A DNA stretch of 64,000 nucleotides from Camelus dromedarius (taxonomy: Eukaryota): NCBI RefSeq assembly GCF_036321535.1, contig NC_087472.1:96474001-96538000 (forward strand), given 5' to 3'. Below, piece by piece: positions 1-12,600 of the stretch (the stretch's first letter is position 1; every line of letters begins with the position of its first letter). Position numbers and translations under genes: made by a program. A model generated the notes under the pieces. The model was not told the DNA's origin. It saw only the letters and a list, made by a program, of their open reading frames with translations, and did no database searches.

Positions 1-600
1 TCATTTTAAGTGTGTGGTTCAGTAGTTTTAAGTACATTCACACTTGTGCAACAGATCTCTAGAACTTTTTCATCTTGCAAAACTGAAACTTTATACCTAT
101 TGAACACCAATTCCTCCAGACCTTGGTAACCACCTTTCTACTTCTGTTTCTATGATTCTGACTACTTTAGGTACCTTATATAAGTGGAATCGCACAGTAT
201 TTGTCCTCTTGTGACTGGCTTCTTTTGCTCAGTACAATGTCCTTAAGATTTATCCATGTTGTAGCATGTGACAGGACTTCTTTCTTTTTTAAGGCTGATA
301 TATATGTGTGTATTTATGTATGTGTGTGTGTGTGTGTGTGTGTGTATACACACACACACATATACACACCAAGTTTTCTTTATCTATTTATCTGTCAATA
401 GACATTTGGGTGGATTACTTTCACTGCTTTGAATCTTTTGTACCCAAAAATGGGATTCCTGGATCACACGGTAGTTTTATTATTTTTTTAGGATCCTACT
501 ATTTTTCATAACAATTGCACCATTTTACATTCCCACCAACAGTGCACAAATGTTCCATCTCTGCATCCTCACCAACGCTTGTCATTTTCTCTTCTTTTGG
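1..600 (-). mobile_element. L1 3' end fragment (old L1M type) with internal (TG)n(CA)n at ~300-368
   Basis: Reverse L1 3'UTR/ORF2-end hallmarks: tcatcttgcaaaactgaaact, tccatgttgtagcatgtg, cattcccaccaacagtgcac. Confidence 0.85.
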
Positions 601-632
601 TAACGGCGCCTAGCTATTTCAGCACAAGTTGC

Positions 633-993
633 TGTATTCAGTTCCTTGGGCTGCTATAACAAATAATCGCAAACTGAGCGGCTTAAAGCAGCGGAAACTC
701 ATTCTCTCATAGTTCTGGAGGTCAGAAGTCCAAAATCAAGGTATCAGCCAGTTGTTCCCTCTAAAGGCTCTGAGGGAGGAGCCATTCCACACCTCTCTTC
801 TAGTCTCTGGTGGCTGCCAACAACGTTTGGCATTCCTTGGCTTGTAGCATCATGAGTCTAATCTCTCCCTACCTCCATTTTCACATGGCCGTCTTTTCTT
901 TGTATCTTTTCCTTTTTCATCACTTTTAAGGATGCTGTCATTGAATTAAGGGCTCACCCTAATGGGGTGGGGGCTACAATTCAACCCATTACA
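633..993 (-). mobile_element. MaLR solo LTR (MLT1B/C-like)
   Basis: Starts TGTATT, contains gttctggaggtcagaagtccaaaatcaagg, ends caattcaacccattaCA. Confidence 0.85.
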
Positions 994-1776
994 GTTGTCA
1001 TTACTAGACTAAGCTCCTTGAGATCAGGATCTATGTCTTGTTCATATTTGTTTACCTCCAAAACCTAGTACACCACCTTAAACATAGAAGGGGCTACATG
1101 CCTCCTGAGGTAATAGGTGGACTGATGGTTGGTCAGATGATGGATATTATCTAACCTGTTGGATTGACACCTGATGCAGTCAGAGTTGGGAAGGGTGCAT
1201 TAGGGATTCACATTCCCCCAATGACACTTCCTAATCACTCCAGGTATGACTTTAAGATACAGGGAACAGAACACAATGAAAAACCATTCACAGCTTCACA
1301 GCCACATAGCTTCTCCCACTCCGGGCAAATGGATCCCAGATGAAGACTGTCTGGCCGGGGCAGATTAAGGTAAGCTTGGCTGAAACACCCAGTTGCACAA
1401 CAAGAGTCCACAGCCCTCCCCACAGTTTCTGCAAATTCTCAAGTCTCTATTTCGTGGTCCTGATTTGTTGTTCCTGTGTGTCTTCTTGATTCCTTTCCTT
1501 GCCAAAGGTCAGCGCCTTCACCAGATGCTGCACAAGATTCCCAGCTCGCCTCCCACCGCAAGCATTTCGGAAGTTTAGAACTTTACTAACAGTTTGGGGA
1601 CACACAGTCCATCCCCTAACCTTCAGCCATGATGCTCACCCCCCTTTTTCTGTTTCACTTTTCCCTTTCCTCTTCCTCTCTGGTTCAAAACAGAAATTCC
1701 TTTCCTTGGCTTGTGCCAGGCAGCTCTGTAGTTCTGTTCACACTTCTACTCTAAACAGGCTTATTTTAAAAATGTA

Positions 1777-1880
1777 AGGCAGGCAGGCAAGAGAAGAGAG
1801 AGAGAGAGAGAAGAAAGGAAGGAAGGAAGGAAGGAAAAGGAAGGGAAAGAAAAGAAAAGAAAAAGAAAAAGGAAGAAAGA
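1777..1880 (+). repeat. Compound polypurine microsatellite (AGGC)n(AG)n(GGAA)n(GAAAA)n
   Basis: Directly visible. Confidence 0.9.
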
Positions 1881-2940
1881 ACTGGAACCATTTAAGAATT
1901 CTCATACCAGCTATTAAAATAATATTATTTTCTCTTCTTGTATTTTATAAATATTAATGATAACTTAAAGTGGGGAGTTCTCTTAGTAGGGAGAGAAACT
2001 GAACAACAGCCTTTGATCCAGTTGCTGTAGACTCCCCTCAAACCTTGGCCTTCTTACTAAAAGTGAAGCAATCCTCTTCTCAAGTTTACATTTAATTATA
2101 ATTGCAACCGTCATGATGATTAAGCCTCTCCCTTTGTCATTGTCTTTTCTTGGCATCATTTCTTTGGCTCAGTTTGCAGGCTATAGACCTCAGATGAATC
2201 ACAGAGAATCTGCTTTTTAACTGTGGCGAAACCATAGGCAGCTTTCTGTTTATTCCCAGAATCAGTTCCAAAACAGCTGTTCAATGTTCATCTTTGATTT
2301 TGTCATCTTATTTCAGGGGATGCTGGTAACAGCAGCATCTTCTGTTTTTAATTCCCCTGAAGAAAGAAAAAAAGAATTCCCCGAGTTGGTGTGCTGGGTG
2401 TAGGTGCTAGTTAATGACTTATTTCCTCTCATTTCCTTAATCAGGAAATTTCATAGTCCGGCAGCGGCAGGGTTCCCATAAACGTGGCTCTGACCTGAGC
2501 CAAGTTGTGTGAAACGCTCGACCACAAAACCAGCTTGCTTTGCAAGCCTCTGACGGTTCCAAAGTGAGGCCGACCAGAAGCTTCCATTTGATACAGTGGT
2601 GAGGAAAGCTTGTCAATTTTTCATGGGTAGTGCTGGCTCCATCTCTAATAGAATCAATCAGCCAAAAAGGAATACATGAAGTCATCCATCAACTGGTATT
2701 TCAGAGATGAATTGAATGGTGAGTTTTAGTTTAGGGAGATTTCCTTCTGGAAAAATGGTGGATGAATGATGGACACACTAAATACCTTGTGGTATGAAAA
2801 AGCACTCAAGAAAATCTAGACGAAGTGCGCCTTATCTGGGTGCAAGGTACTGCTTAGTTTAGAATCGTTGCTTGAAGGCTAATAGCTTATCAAAATGGTC
2901 ATTTTTAAATGTCACGAGCCATGTTTAAATTGCTTTTTAC

Positions 2941-3122
2941 CAGTGGTTTTTCACACTGTTGCTGTATGTTGGAATAACCTGAGGAGAGCTTTCCAAAAAA
3001 ATACTGGTAATTGACACTACTCCCAAAAAGTATAATTTACTGGTTCTCAAGTGAAACCTCGACAGTGGTCTTTTTAAAGCCCTCTCCACGAGACTCCAAC
3101 GTGCAGCCGATTGGAGCCACTG
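2941..3122. mobile_element. hAT-Charlie MITE (MER5 family)
   Basis: CAGTGGTT...GCCACTG termini, internal gtgcagcc, ~180 bp. Confidence 0.65.
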
Positions 3123-3439
3123 TTCTCCGCAAATCACAACTGCAAACAACCTTTGAAACCTGTGTGGTGTGTATGGGGGACACACACTGTGATGGTGCAC
3201 TTTGCAAGAAGTCAGTTTGGTTTGTAATGACCTGTCTTTGAAGTAGAATTTGTTCCCCTTCTATCAGAGATAAATTAGCCCGTGACAAATAATCTCTGGC
3301 AAACCTCACACTCACTTCTGTTCCTCTCTCTCTCTCTCCTTTTCAGCCTTATTTTCATTCCACACCACCTTTTAGAGACTGAACACCTTCCACGCCAGTT
3401 CAGATCACCAAAATGTGAGCCCTACTAGGAAACTCTTAA

Positions 3440-4732
3440 CAACTCAATTTGCCAAACTGGTCTTTGTCCAGTATCCTCCATTTCAGGAAATGGACCCCAA
3501 ACCCACCCTCTTGTTAAGCCAATAATTTGGACCAATCTTGATTGTTTCCTTTCCCTCATCTAATCCTTCACCCCACTGCCCTTCAAACAGCTCCAGCTCC
3601 AAACATAACTCACATTCACCCCCTTCTCACCACCCCGGGGCCACCTGCCTCCTCAACTATTACCACATCCCACCCTGACTGCAAAGGCTTCCCAACTCCT
3701 TCTGCTTTCACTCCATCCAAGCCATTCCTCGCCCAGCTGCCAGAGTGATCTTTCATGTGGTGACTTATAAACCACTTGCCTCACTGCTCAGCCATACCAA
3801 AGAATGAAATAACGTCACTGGCAGCAACATGGATGGACCTAGAGATTATCATACTGAGTGAAGTAAGTCCGACAAAGAAAGACAAATACCATATGATATC
3901 ACTTATATCTGAAAAAAGGACACAAATGAACTTATTTACAAAGCAGAGACAGACCCACAGGCATAGAAAACAAACCTATGGTTACCAGGGGGAAAAGAGG
4001 GGGTGGGGAGGGACAAATTGGGACTTTGAGATTTGTAAATAAAAACTACTATATATAAAATAGATAAACAACAAAGTCCTACTGTATAGCACAGGGAGCT
4101 ATAGTCAATACCTTGTAATGGCCTATAATGAAAAAGAACAGGAAAAGGAATATATATATATAAAAAACTCTGCTGTACACCAGAAATTAACACATTGTAA
4201 ATCAACTATACTTCAATAAAAATAAAAAACAATAAACCACTTTCCTGCAGAAAGCCTTTCAACAGCTGCTCGTTTCAAGTGGAGTAAAATCCGAACTCCT
4301 CACCTTGGCCCACAGGATCTAGCTGCGGCTGCTGTATCTCACTCAGGCTTGTGCCCCTCCCCCTTTCCCTCTCCCCCTCCCTCTCCACCCTCCTACTCCC
4401 CCCTCTCCTTTCCCCTCTCCCCCTGCTCAAGGCCTTTCTCTGGTGCCTTGCCTGGCTGGCTCCCTTACCCAGCTAGTCTCCTTTTAGTATCCCTTTTCAA
4501 AAAGGCCTTCCTTGATGATTTTATCTCTGTCATAGCATCCTATTTCTTTCCTTTCTAGTAAGGATTTAATTTACCTGTTTGTTTGTTTTCAGTCCCCGCA
4601 ACAACCACTGGAAGTGAAGCTCCATGGGGAAAAGGACTGTCTCTTATTCACAGCTCTGTCCCCAGCACCTAAGAGCATACCTGGCACATAGTAGGAACAC
4701 ATCAAGTATTCGTGGAATCAATGAATGAATGA
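3440..4732 (+). mobile_element. L2 3' region, interrupted by an L1
   Basis: cagctgccagagtgatcttt and terminal cctggcacatagtagg...gaatgaatga. Confidence 0.75.
3782..4231 (+). mobile_element. 5'-truncated L1 (artiodactyl/camelid type) with TSD
   Basis: gcagcaacatggatggacctagag...ctatacttcaataaa A-tail; TSD ATAAACCACTT(G/T)CCT at 3767-3781 and 4232-4246. Confidence 0.9.
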
Positions 4733-6320
4733 GGGGAAGAGGTGCAGGAGGAATGACGGGATAATACATATCTGAGACCACGCATCTCTGCATGATTAAG
4801 GGTTGACGGCGACTTGTGAGAAAAGGAATGTCAGCTTTTAGTTAATGTGGCTTCTAAGGCCATAAGCTGTTGTTGACACATTTATCATCCAAGTCTTTCT
4901 CATCATGTGCATCATTGAGGACTCTGGTTACCAGTACAGAAACCAACAGAAGCCAGCTGAACCACAAGGAGAATCCATTATAAGGCTGTTGGCCGCCCTT
5001 ATGGAACCCAAGTGGAGATTAGAAAAGGACTCAAATCAAGAAACTCAAATTCTTGGAAAGCTGGGGCTTTCTCTCTCTCTCTCTCTCTCTCTTGTTTTCC
5101 TCTGCACAACTGTTTCTTTCTTCTTTCTCTGCAGATCAGCTTTCTGTGCACCTGCCACTCCCAGTTTCTGAGCTTTTACATCTTTGCCATCCTAGAACCC
5201 AGATGGAACTCAAGTGTCATGGAACTGAACCTCCAATTTTCCTGAGAAAGAGATTCCAACTGCCCTAGCTTGGGTAAGGTGCTTAACCCTGGATAATTAT
5301 CTGTAGCCAATGAGATGGGAAGACATGGACAAACATTCCCCCCAAGGGGATCATATTGAAAAATGGGGCCGAGGGTGAGGGAGTTTGGAGGGACAATTCC
5401 TGGTGACATGAGGAATCACTGGCTTTTTGGCTAAGTAGACACCTCAAAATATATCTGTTAGAAAATTCAACTTAGCTGCTGGGATGCGCTCATTGTCACC
5501 CACCCCCACCCCCGGCTATCTTTTCTGCTTGCTCCTTATGGCTAGTTTACCTCTGAAGGATTCGGGCTTTGGGCTGATGCCTTAGTTTCTGGAGGCAGCC
5601 AGGTGTTGAACTGGCACTGGATGGCAGAGAAAGAAAAGAAAAAGAGGAGTACTTCTATGCCACAGAAAGAGGAGAATTAGATCAAGGAAAGAATAAGTAT
5701 ATTTTAAGCACCAAGGCCTGACGAATGATTTCGAAGAGGAGAATTGGATTAAGAAAAGAATAAGTCCCTATTAAGCTTGAAAGCTTGATGGATTATTTTA
5801 AGTCACTGCCTTTGAGTCATTTTTTCAAACCAAATGACTCAGCCACCAAGAAATTCTTTTGTTCTGTGATCAATCTTACTTTATTGCTAGTATGGTAAGT
5901 TCAAATGCTGATGTGTTCCTGATTACATGCTGCAGCGACGAAGCCGCCTGTTTCTCTGTCCTTATGCTCACTTTAATGAAGCATCGCTTCCAACACTGAT
6001 GCTTGAATCTATAGAAACGGACCCATCAATATATTTGAATAAAAAATAAGTGGTTGAATTTGGGTGTAGGATTTTAAGTTTTTAAGGAACAATGTCATGC
6101 AAGATAGAACAATAGACATATTTAGGAAAAAGATTTCGTTAAAGGCCATATGGTATATTGGTTAATATTCTGGCTTTGTGGCCTAATGATTCAAAGCCTG
6201 GTTTCTTCCTCTTTACTAGCTCTGTGATCTTCAACAAAATATAATTTCTTATCATAAAATCAGAGTAGTAATAGCATTTGCCTCTGAAAAGTTCGGTGAG
6301 GTTTACTTGAAATAATAGAT

Positions 6321-7837
6321 TGTATCAGTTAGGCATTGTACTACACTGTAAACAACAAGATCCCTGACTAAATAGTAGCCTCAGCAGACCAGGGGATTCA
6401 TTTTTCTCACTCACCAAGAAGTCCGGAGGTAGGAAGTCAGTTGCTGGCCTTGGTTAAGGGGCTCAAAGATTTCAGAGCCCCGATCTCTGCAGTTCCCATG
6501 ACTTTTCTCGATAATGCCAAGATGGCTGCTGCAGCCTCAGCCATCACATCCATATCCCTAACAGCAAAGAGGAAAAGGAGTGGTGATTGAATCAAGAGAG
6601 CAAAAACTTTGCCAAATGTCTAAGTCAGGGCAGGCTAAGTGCTTTACCAAATAAGCCCCACTCTTTAGAGGATTAGCACCATAGAACATAGTTCTCACTC
6701 TTGCCAAGGTTAACTGATAGCAGAGGGAGGGGGTTGGAGGGGAGAGGATGGGATGCAGCTCTTCTCAGAACAATCACTCAAGGACCAGTTTAGAATATGG
6801 GGCTTCCAGGGTTATGTTAGGCATTAATATCCCACCACAGACAAGGGAAGAGAGAACATGGGGAATTGTGTAGGAAAGTTTATGGATCAGGTTTAAAACT
6901 GAGGTATTATATTTTTGTTCACATCTTACTGGCCAGAATCCAGTCATGTGGGTCCACATAGATGTAAAGATTGCCAGAAAATATAGTCCTTGAATGGACA
7001 GTTCCTCCCACAACATCTCTACGTCATAGAAAATGAGCATGAATCTTTGGGGATACAGTTGTATCTGCCACATTGGATCCAAACGGACTTCTACAGAAAC
7101 TTTTTTTTTGATTCAAGTATAGTCGATTTACAATGTTGTTATTTCTGGTGTACAGCATAGTGATTCAATTATACATATATATTTTCCTTTTCCTATTCTT
7201 TTTCATTATAGGTTATTACAAGATATTGAATATAGTTCCCTGTGCTATACAGTAGGACCTTGTTGTTTATCTATTTTATATACAGTAGTTAGTATCTTCA
7301 AATCCCCAACTCCCAATTTATCTCTTCCCACCCCTTTTCCCCCTAGTAGCCAGAAGTTTGTTCTCTGTGTCTGTAACTCTGTTTCTGCTTTGTAAATAAG
7401 TCCATTTGTGTCTTTTTTTAAAGATTCCACATATAAGTGATGCCGTATGGTATTTTTCTTTCTCTTTCTGACTTGCTTCACTTAGAATGACAATCTCCAG
7501 GTCCATCCATGTTGCTACAAATGGCATTATTTTATTCTTCTTTATGGCTGAGTAGTATTCCATTGACTATATATACCACTTCTTTATCTGCTCATCCGTC
7601 TATGGAAATTTAGGTTGCTTCCACATCTTGGCTACTGTAAATAGTGCTGCTGTGAGCATCGGAGTGCATGTGAACAGAAACTTTATTGCCTAGAACTATG
7701 TCACTTGATCACACCCCTGCCTGCAATGAAGGCTGGGAAATGTAGTTTTCAGCTGATATCATTGCGTCTCTGGAGAGCTCAGGTTTCTCTTAATAAGGAA
7801 GAAGATGCTGTGCAGGCAGCTAGCAGTGTCTGCCACA
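6321..7837 (-). mobile_element. MLT1J-like LTR inserted in a MIR, carrying a second MLT1 LTR (~6617-7071) and an L1
   Basis: Starts TGTATCAGTTAGG, ends TCTGCCACA; MIR halves at ~6170-6320 and 7838-7910. Confidence 0.7.
7104..7673 (-). mobile_element. 5'-truncated L1 with TSD
   Basis: ORF-track peptide MEYYSAIKKNKIMPFVATWMDLE is L1 3' sequence; TSD ACAGAAACTTT at 7093-7103 and 7674-7684. Confidence 0.9.
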
Positions 7838-8232
7838 TGTGAGAAAAGTGCTTAGCACAGCGCCTGGCACTTAGTAAACATTCAGTAAATGCTAGCTATT
7901 GTCATTGCTTTGACAGCTTTCTCAGGGAAAGATATACTACCTGACACAGCTGTCTCTCCTGCTGGAAGTTATTTACTCAGCATCCTGGTTAATGGAGGGC
8001 TGAGTCTGGAATGAGAAGACTTGGGTTTAAATCCTGGCTGGGCCCCTTCCTATGTTCTCTGAGCCTCAGTTTCTTTATCAAAAGAATGAGAAGGGTTCAA
8101 CACGCCTCACAAGTTCGTGGTGTGGATTAACTGAGACAATGAGCCCAAATGGGTTAAAAGCGTTATCGCATACATATTACATACACAAGATTAAAACTGA
8201 AAGTCAAGTGAAAGCAACCCACATGCCCACGC

Positions 8233-8684
8233 TGTTGGTTTCCTTGGGGTGCTGTAACACATACCACAACCTGTGCAGCTTAAAACACAGGGAGACAGCC
8301 TCACATGGTTCTGGAGGCTGGGAGTCTGAAATGAAGGCGTTTGCCGGGGCCAGGCCCCTTCTCAAGTCTCCAGGGGAGCATCATTCCTTGCCTCTTCCAC
8401 CTTCCGGTGGTGGCCTTCAATCACTGACATCCCTTTGCTGTCAGCTGCATCACTCCCACCTCTGCCTCTGTCACCACATGGCCTTCTGCCGGTGTGTCTC
8501 TGTGTCTCGTCTCCTCTTCTTTTAAGGATACCTTTTAAGGGCACTCTCCTCCTATACGACCCCATCTTAACCAGTTACATCTGCCATGATCCTATCTGCA
8601 AATAAGTCCCCATTCTGAGATACTGGCGGATGGGACTTCAACATATCTTTTTTGGTGGGGGTAAACACAATTCAACCCATGACA
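8233..8684 (-). mobile_element. MaLR solo LTR (MLT1B/C-like)
   Basis: ttctggaggctgggagtctgaa; ends caattcaacccatgaCA. Confidence 0.85.
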
Positions 8685-9004
8685 TTCATCAAAGGAAGAA
8701 TGGATAAATAAAATGTGATATATCCATACAATGGAATATTTTTCATTAATAAAAAGGAATGAAGTACTGATGCTACAAGGTGGGTGACCCTTGAAACATC
8801 ATGCTAAGGGAAAGAAGCCAGACATACAAGGTCATATATGGGATCGTTCCATTTATACAAAATGTCCAGAATAGGCAAATCTATAGAGACGGAAAGTCGA
8901 TTAGTGGTTGCTCAGGGCTGTGGGAGGGGGTACTGCGGAGTGACTGCCAAAGGGGTTCCTTTGCGGGGGACAAAAATGTTCTACCATTGACTGTGTGATA
9001 GTTG
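8685..9004 (+). mobile_element. L1MB-type 3'UTR fragment
   Basis: tccatacaatggaatatt; tgtccagaataggcaaatctatagagac. Confidence 0.8.
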
Positions 9005-9536
9005 TGTAAAGAAAATGAGCAAATGAAACTCTGCCATTTTAAATAAGTTTAAACCGCTAACCTTCAGTAAATCACATCTCCAGAGTCCTGAAAGAACCTA
9101 CACATGTCATCCTATAAATGCTGCTGGAAAGCTTAGAGGACTCCTGTGTTGGGGAAGAAGAAACTAAGACTTTCAGGCCCTCCCTCCAATACCCTCCCCC
9201 AAATTCCTCATGGGAGGAGACTTAGCCGACCAAGGAGCCCGGGGAGAACGGATGGCCTCTGTTGTCTAAGTCTATGCTTTTCACCCAGGATCTGGAAGGC
9301 CCCTTGTTAGGATGCAATGAGTTCCTTCATCTACAGCAAAGACATCACCCTGTATCTTGACTGAGCTCCATTTTGAGCCCTCTGTCATCACTGGCAAGAG
9401 TCACCCCACTGTCTTCGCAGGTCAGCTTTGGCAGGCCATTCAAGGGCCTGCTGTAAAATTTTCCGTGAAATTATCCCTGCACCTCGCAGCAGGATACTAA
9501 AAGTTGAGACAGCTATTATCACCAGACTGTTATTTA

Positions 9537-9671
9537 TAACTGGGAAGGGGGCATGGTAATAAGGTTTATTTATTTATTTTAAAAAAATTTTAATGGAGGT
9601 ACTGGAGATTGAACCCAGGACCTTATGCATGCTAAGCATGTGCTCTACCACTGAGCTATAACCCCCCCACT
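9537..9671 (-). mobile_element. tRNA-Ala-derived camelid SINE (Vic-1-like)
   Basis: A box TAGCTCAGTGG, CTTAGCA loop, B box GGTTCAATC, AAAT-rich tail; TSD GACTGTTATTTA at 9525-9536 and 9672-9683. Confidence 0.9.
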
Positions 9672-12600
9672 GACTGTTATTTAAACTTACATTTGTATTT
9701 ACATTTCCCACAGCATCTAAATAGTCCAACTCCACTACATCCTGCAAATAACAGGGGGCAGAATCTCATTTTTCCATCGAGAGAGAAGGTAACTGGGAGC
9801 TGCTATTTTGAGCTTGCATACTGCCACATGCCTGGCCCAGGGCTGGGGGCTGGCTGCAATCCAAGAAGGAATAAGACCAAGAATCTGCTCTGGAGAAATT
9901 TTGACTCTTGTTGCTGACAGTGTGAGTGGTGAGTGAAGCAGAGAGAGAACCAAGAACCCAAGACTGGCGACTCGAACTGCCTCCAAAACTCCCTGGTGTG
10001 CCCTACGCCCTGCTCTGGATCTTTAATGATTTCTCCCCTTTCTCTATATACACTGCTCCAAAGGAAGTTTCTCTGGCTCTTCTTCCTCCACCTCTGCCTT
10101 TCAATACTTCTTTTGGAGGTGACTCTTTCCTGCCCTCACCTCAGCCCCCAAATCAGCAGGCCATTTCTTCTGTTTCCAGCTGCCCCAGGGTTAAATACAA
10201 ATGTCTGTTACATTAACAGGAAGAAAATGGAACTGAAAGAAAGTTTGCCTAATTTGTAAAATAAAAATGAGTTTCGATCCCAGTAGCTTATGTATTATTC
10301 TTGTAAGGACTGGGTTTACATCGATCATCTTTTCCATTGCAGTCAAGTGTGGAATGTGGTAAAGTTAGAAATGTAATTGTGTAGACATAAAAAATTGCAT
10401 CTCTATAACCATCATCGGGACACTTTTCTCAAGATGCTATTTCGATGTTCTTCAGCACAATAACGATATCAATTGAGACTGTAACAGAAGCAGCTTTGAA
10501 GTTATGGCTCGTTTACTTTTGGTAAAGCTAATGTGCTACAGAGCAAGACTATTACTCATGACATAAGGTACTCTCAGGGAGGCTGGAAACGCTTCAAGTC
10601 CATTAAAATAAAATGCCAGCCATTCCTGCTGTTCAAATATTCTTCAACTTCTAATTTAAGGCACCAACACCTAAGAATGTAATTGCATTATTCTCTCTGA
10701 TAGCTGGAATCTATCTAAGCCAAATGCTTGGGAATTATGGACTACTGGGGCTACGGGAGTCCAGAAGACAAATGAGGTGGATAAAATATGGTTTTTCTGT
10801 ATGGGCACATTCAACATTTGTGCTCCGTTACTGTTTATGTGTTAAAATGTATTCAAAGATGAACATGCCTGAAGTGTCTTTCCTCAGCTGAACTGAAGAC
10901 GAGGTTGAGGAAATGCATAAACAACCTCGAGATCTAAACTCAGAAATATGTGAGAGAGAGAACGAGTCGCATGCCTGTGCTCAGAATTATTTCCCACACT
11001 AAATTTTCTCCAGAGTTAATGGTCCATTTTTGAATCAGGAAGCTGTCATCTTGATAAAGCTGCCCCCTTGCACCCCCACCTAGCCCTGTAACTCAAAATT
11101 CTCTCCCTGATGACCAGCTGGACCACAGTTTGAAAAAGGCACGTTGCATCAGAAAATGACAATTTTAAAAGCCAATGCTGTGAAAGATGATGCTTCTCCA
11201 TCATACAGGAAATTATTTCTGTTTAATGCCTGCCTGGGAGGGGGAAAATCTAGGTTCAGAGACCCTACTGGCACATCAGGGCTTTGCCTGGGACACGATG
11301 CCAATTCAAACTGTCACACAGTATGGGGAGGGAAAAAATGCCTAGATCAGTTTCTATTCTTTAATAGAAAGCAATACTGTAGTTTAAATTAGCAAGGCGC
11401 TGCTGAACCACTATTTAAAATGCGTTTGCACTGACATCCCAAGAAAGGTATTTTTTTTCTTGTTTAATTGCACTGTCAAGTGTGGAACACTTCCACTTAA
11501 AACCATTCTGAGGTAGACCTTTTAATAGAAAGTGACAATTTAAATTGCCATGATAGCAGCATAAATGGTGCTTAAAATCATTACTAAACTGATGTTGCAG
11601 TTGGCTCCAGACCAGTTTGTTAAAGCCAAAGAAAAGGTGTTGAGGGAAGGGAAGAAAGTAACTAAAAAGTGAATCATTAATTCCTTTTAATTGTAATAAC
11701 ATTAGCTGTGATGAAGTCATCTGGCTCCCAATGGACGTAATGTACATTTCTATTGAATTCCACATTATTCCATTCTAACGTGGCCTTGATTAATGCCTGT
11801 TACAGAGGAATTGCTCCAGTCTCAGGTACTTACTTCTCTGCAGTTACTCTGTTTTCTTGTCTTCACTCCCATGGTCCAAAGAGAGGGGCTGTGGCTTCTG
11901 TTTGCTGGTTGGAGTCCAGACGTGTAAGGGCCAGATTCATCTACTGCCGTTCTTGAGTCTGCCTTAAATACATCGGATTCTCCTGGTCGGTCTTGGAAAT
12001 GACTCTTGCTAGCTTTCAAGGAGCACTGTTCCCAGAGCTGAAGGTGCCATGTGAGTTGAGATCAAGGCCACTTGAGTGGTTCTGTTGGTAAAATTTGATT
12101 GCCAAATCAATCGGCTTGCCAAATCGGTGAGGCTACATCTGGGGGCCCAGTGGGTAGGGGCACCATAAAAATCTCAGGGAGTACTGGATCTGTGAGCCTG
12201 GAAAGGTGCTCATAGTGGCTTAAGATTGAGTTTGAAGCTTTGGGGACCATGGGAGGGATAGCAACAGCGGTTGGGATGGAGGGACGGATGGATGGACGAG
12301 GAACCGAGAAGCCTGTGGGACTGCGGGCCACACAGAGTCACGTTCACAAGCTCCTGTTCGGTTGTCTCGGTTCTCAGACATACCCCCTTAGAAGGAAATT
12401 AATCATTTTAGGGTTTTTTTAGGTACAATATGTGGACTAGATGATTCTAGAATCACCATTTAATAATATGCTACACATTCTTCTTTATTATGTAAAAATT
12501 ACCTCAAAGAATCAACAGTTGTAACTGAGCTCACAGTAGGGAAACTTCACATTTTAAACTTAAAACAACATATGTAGGACAGGGTTTCTGAACAGTTTCC

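Noticed and set aside
8052..8525. 157-aa plus-strand ORF
   Set aside because: Runs through MIR and MLT1 LTR sequence
9005..10212. TG...CA bounded block that might be an ERV LTR
   Set aside because: No TSD or recognisable family, so not listed as a feature
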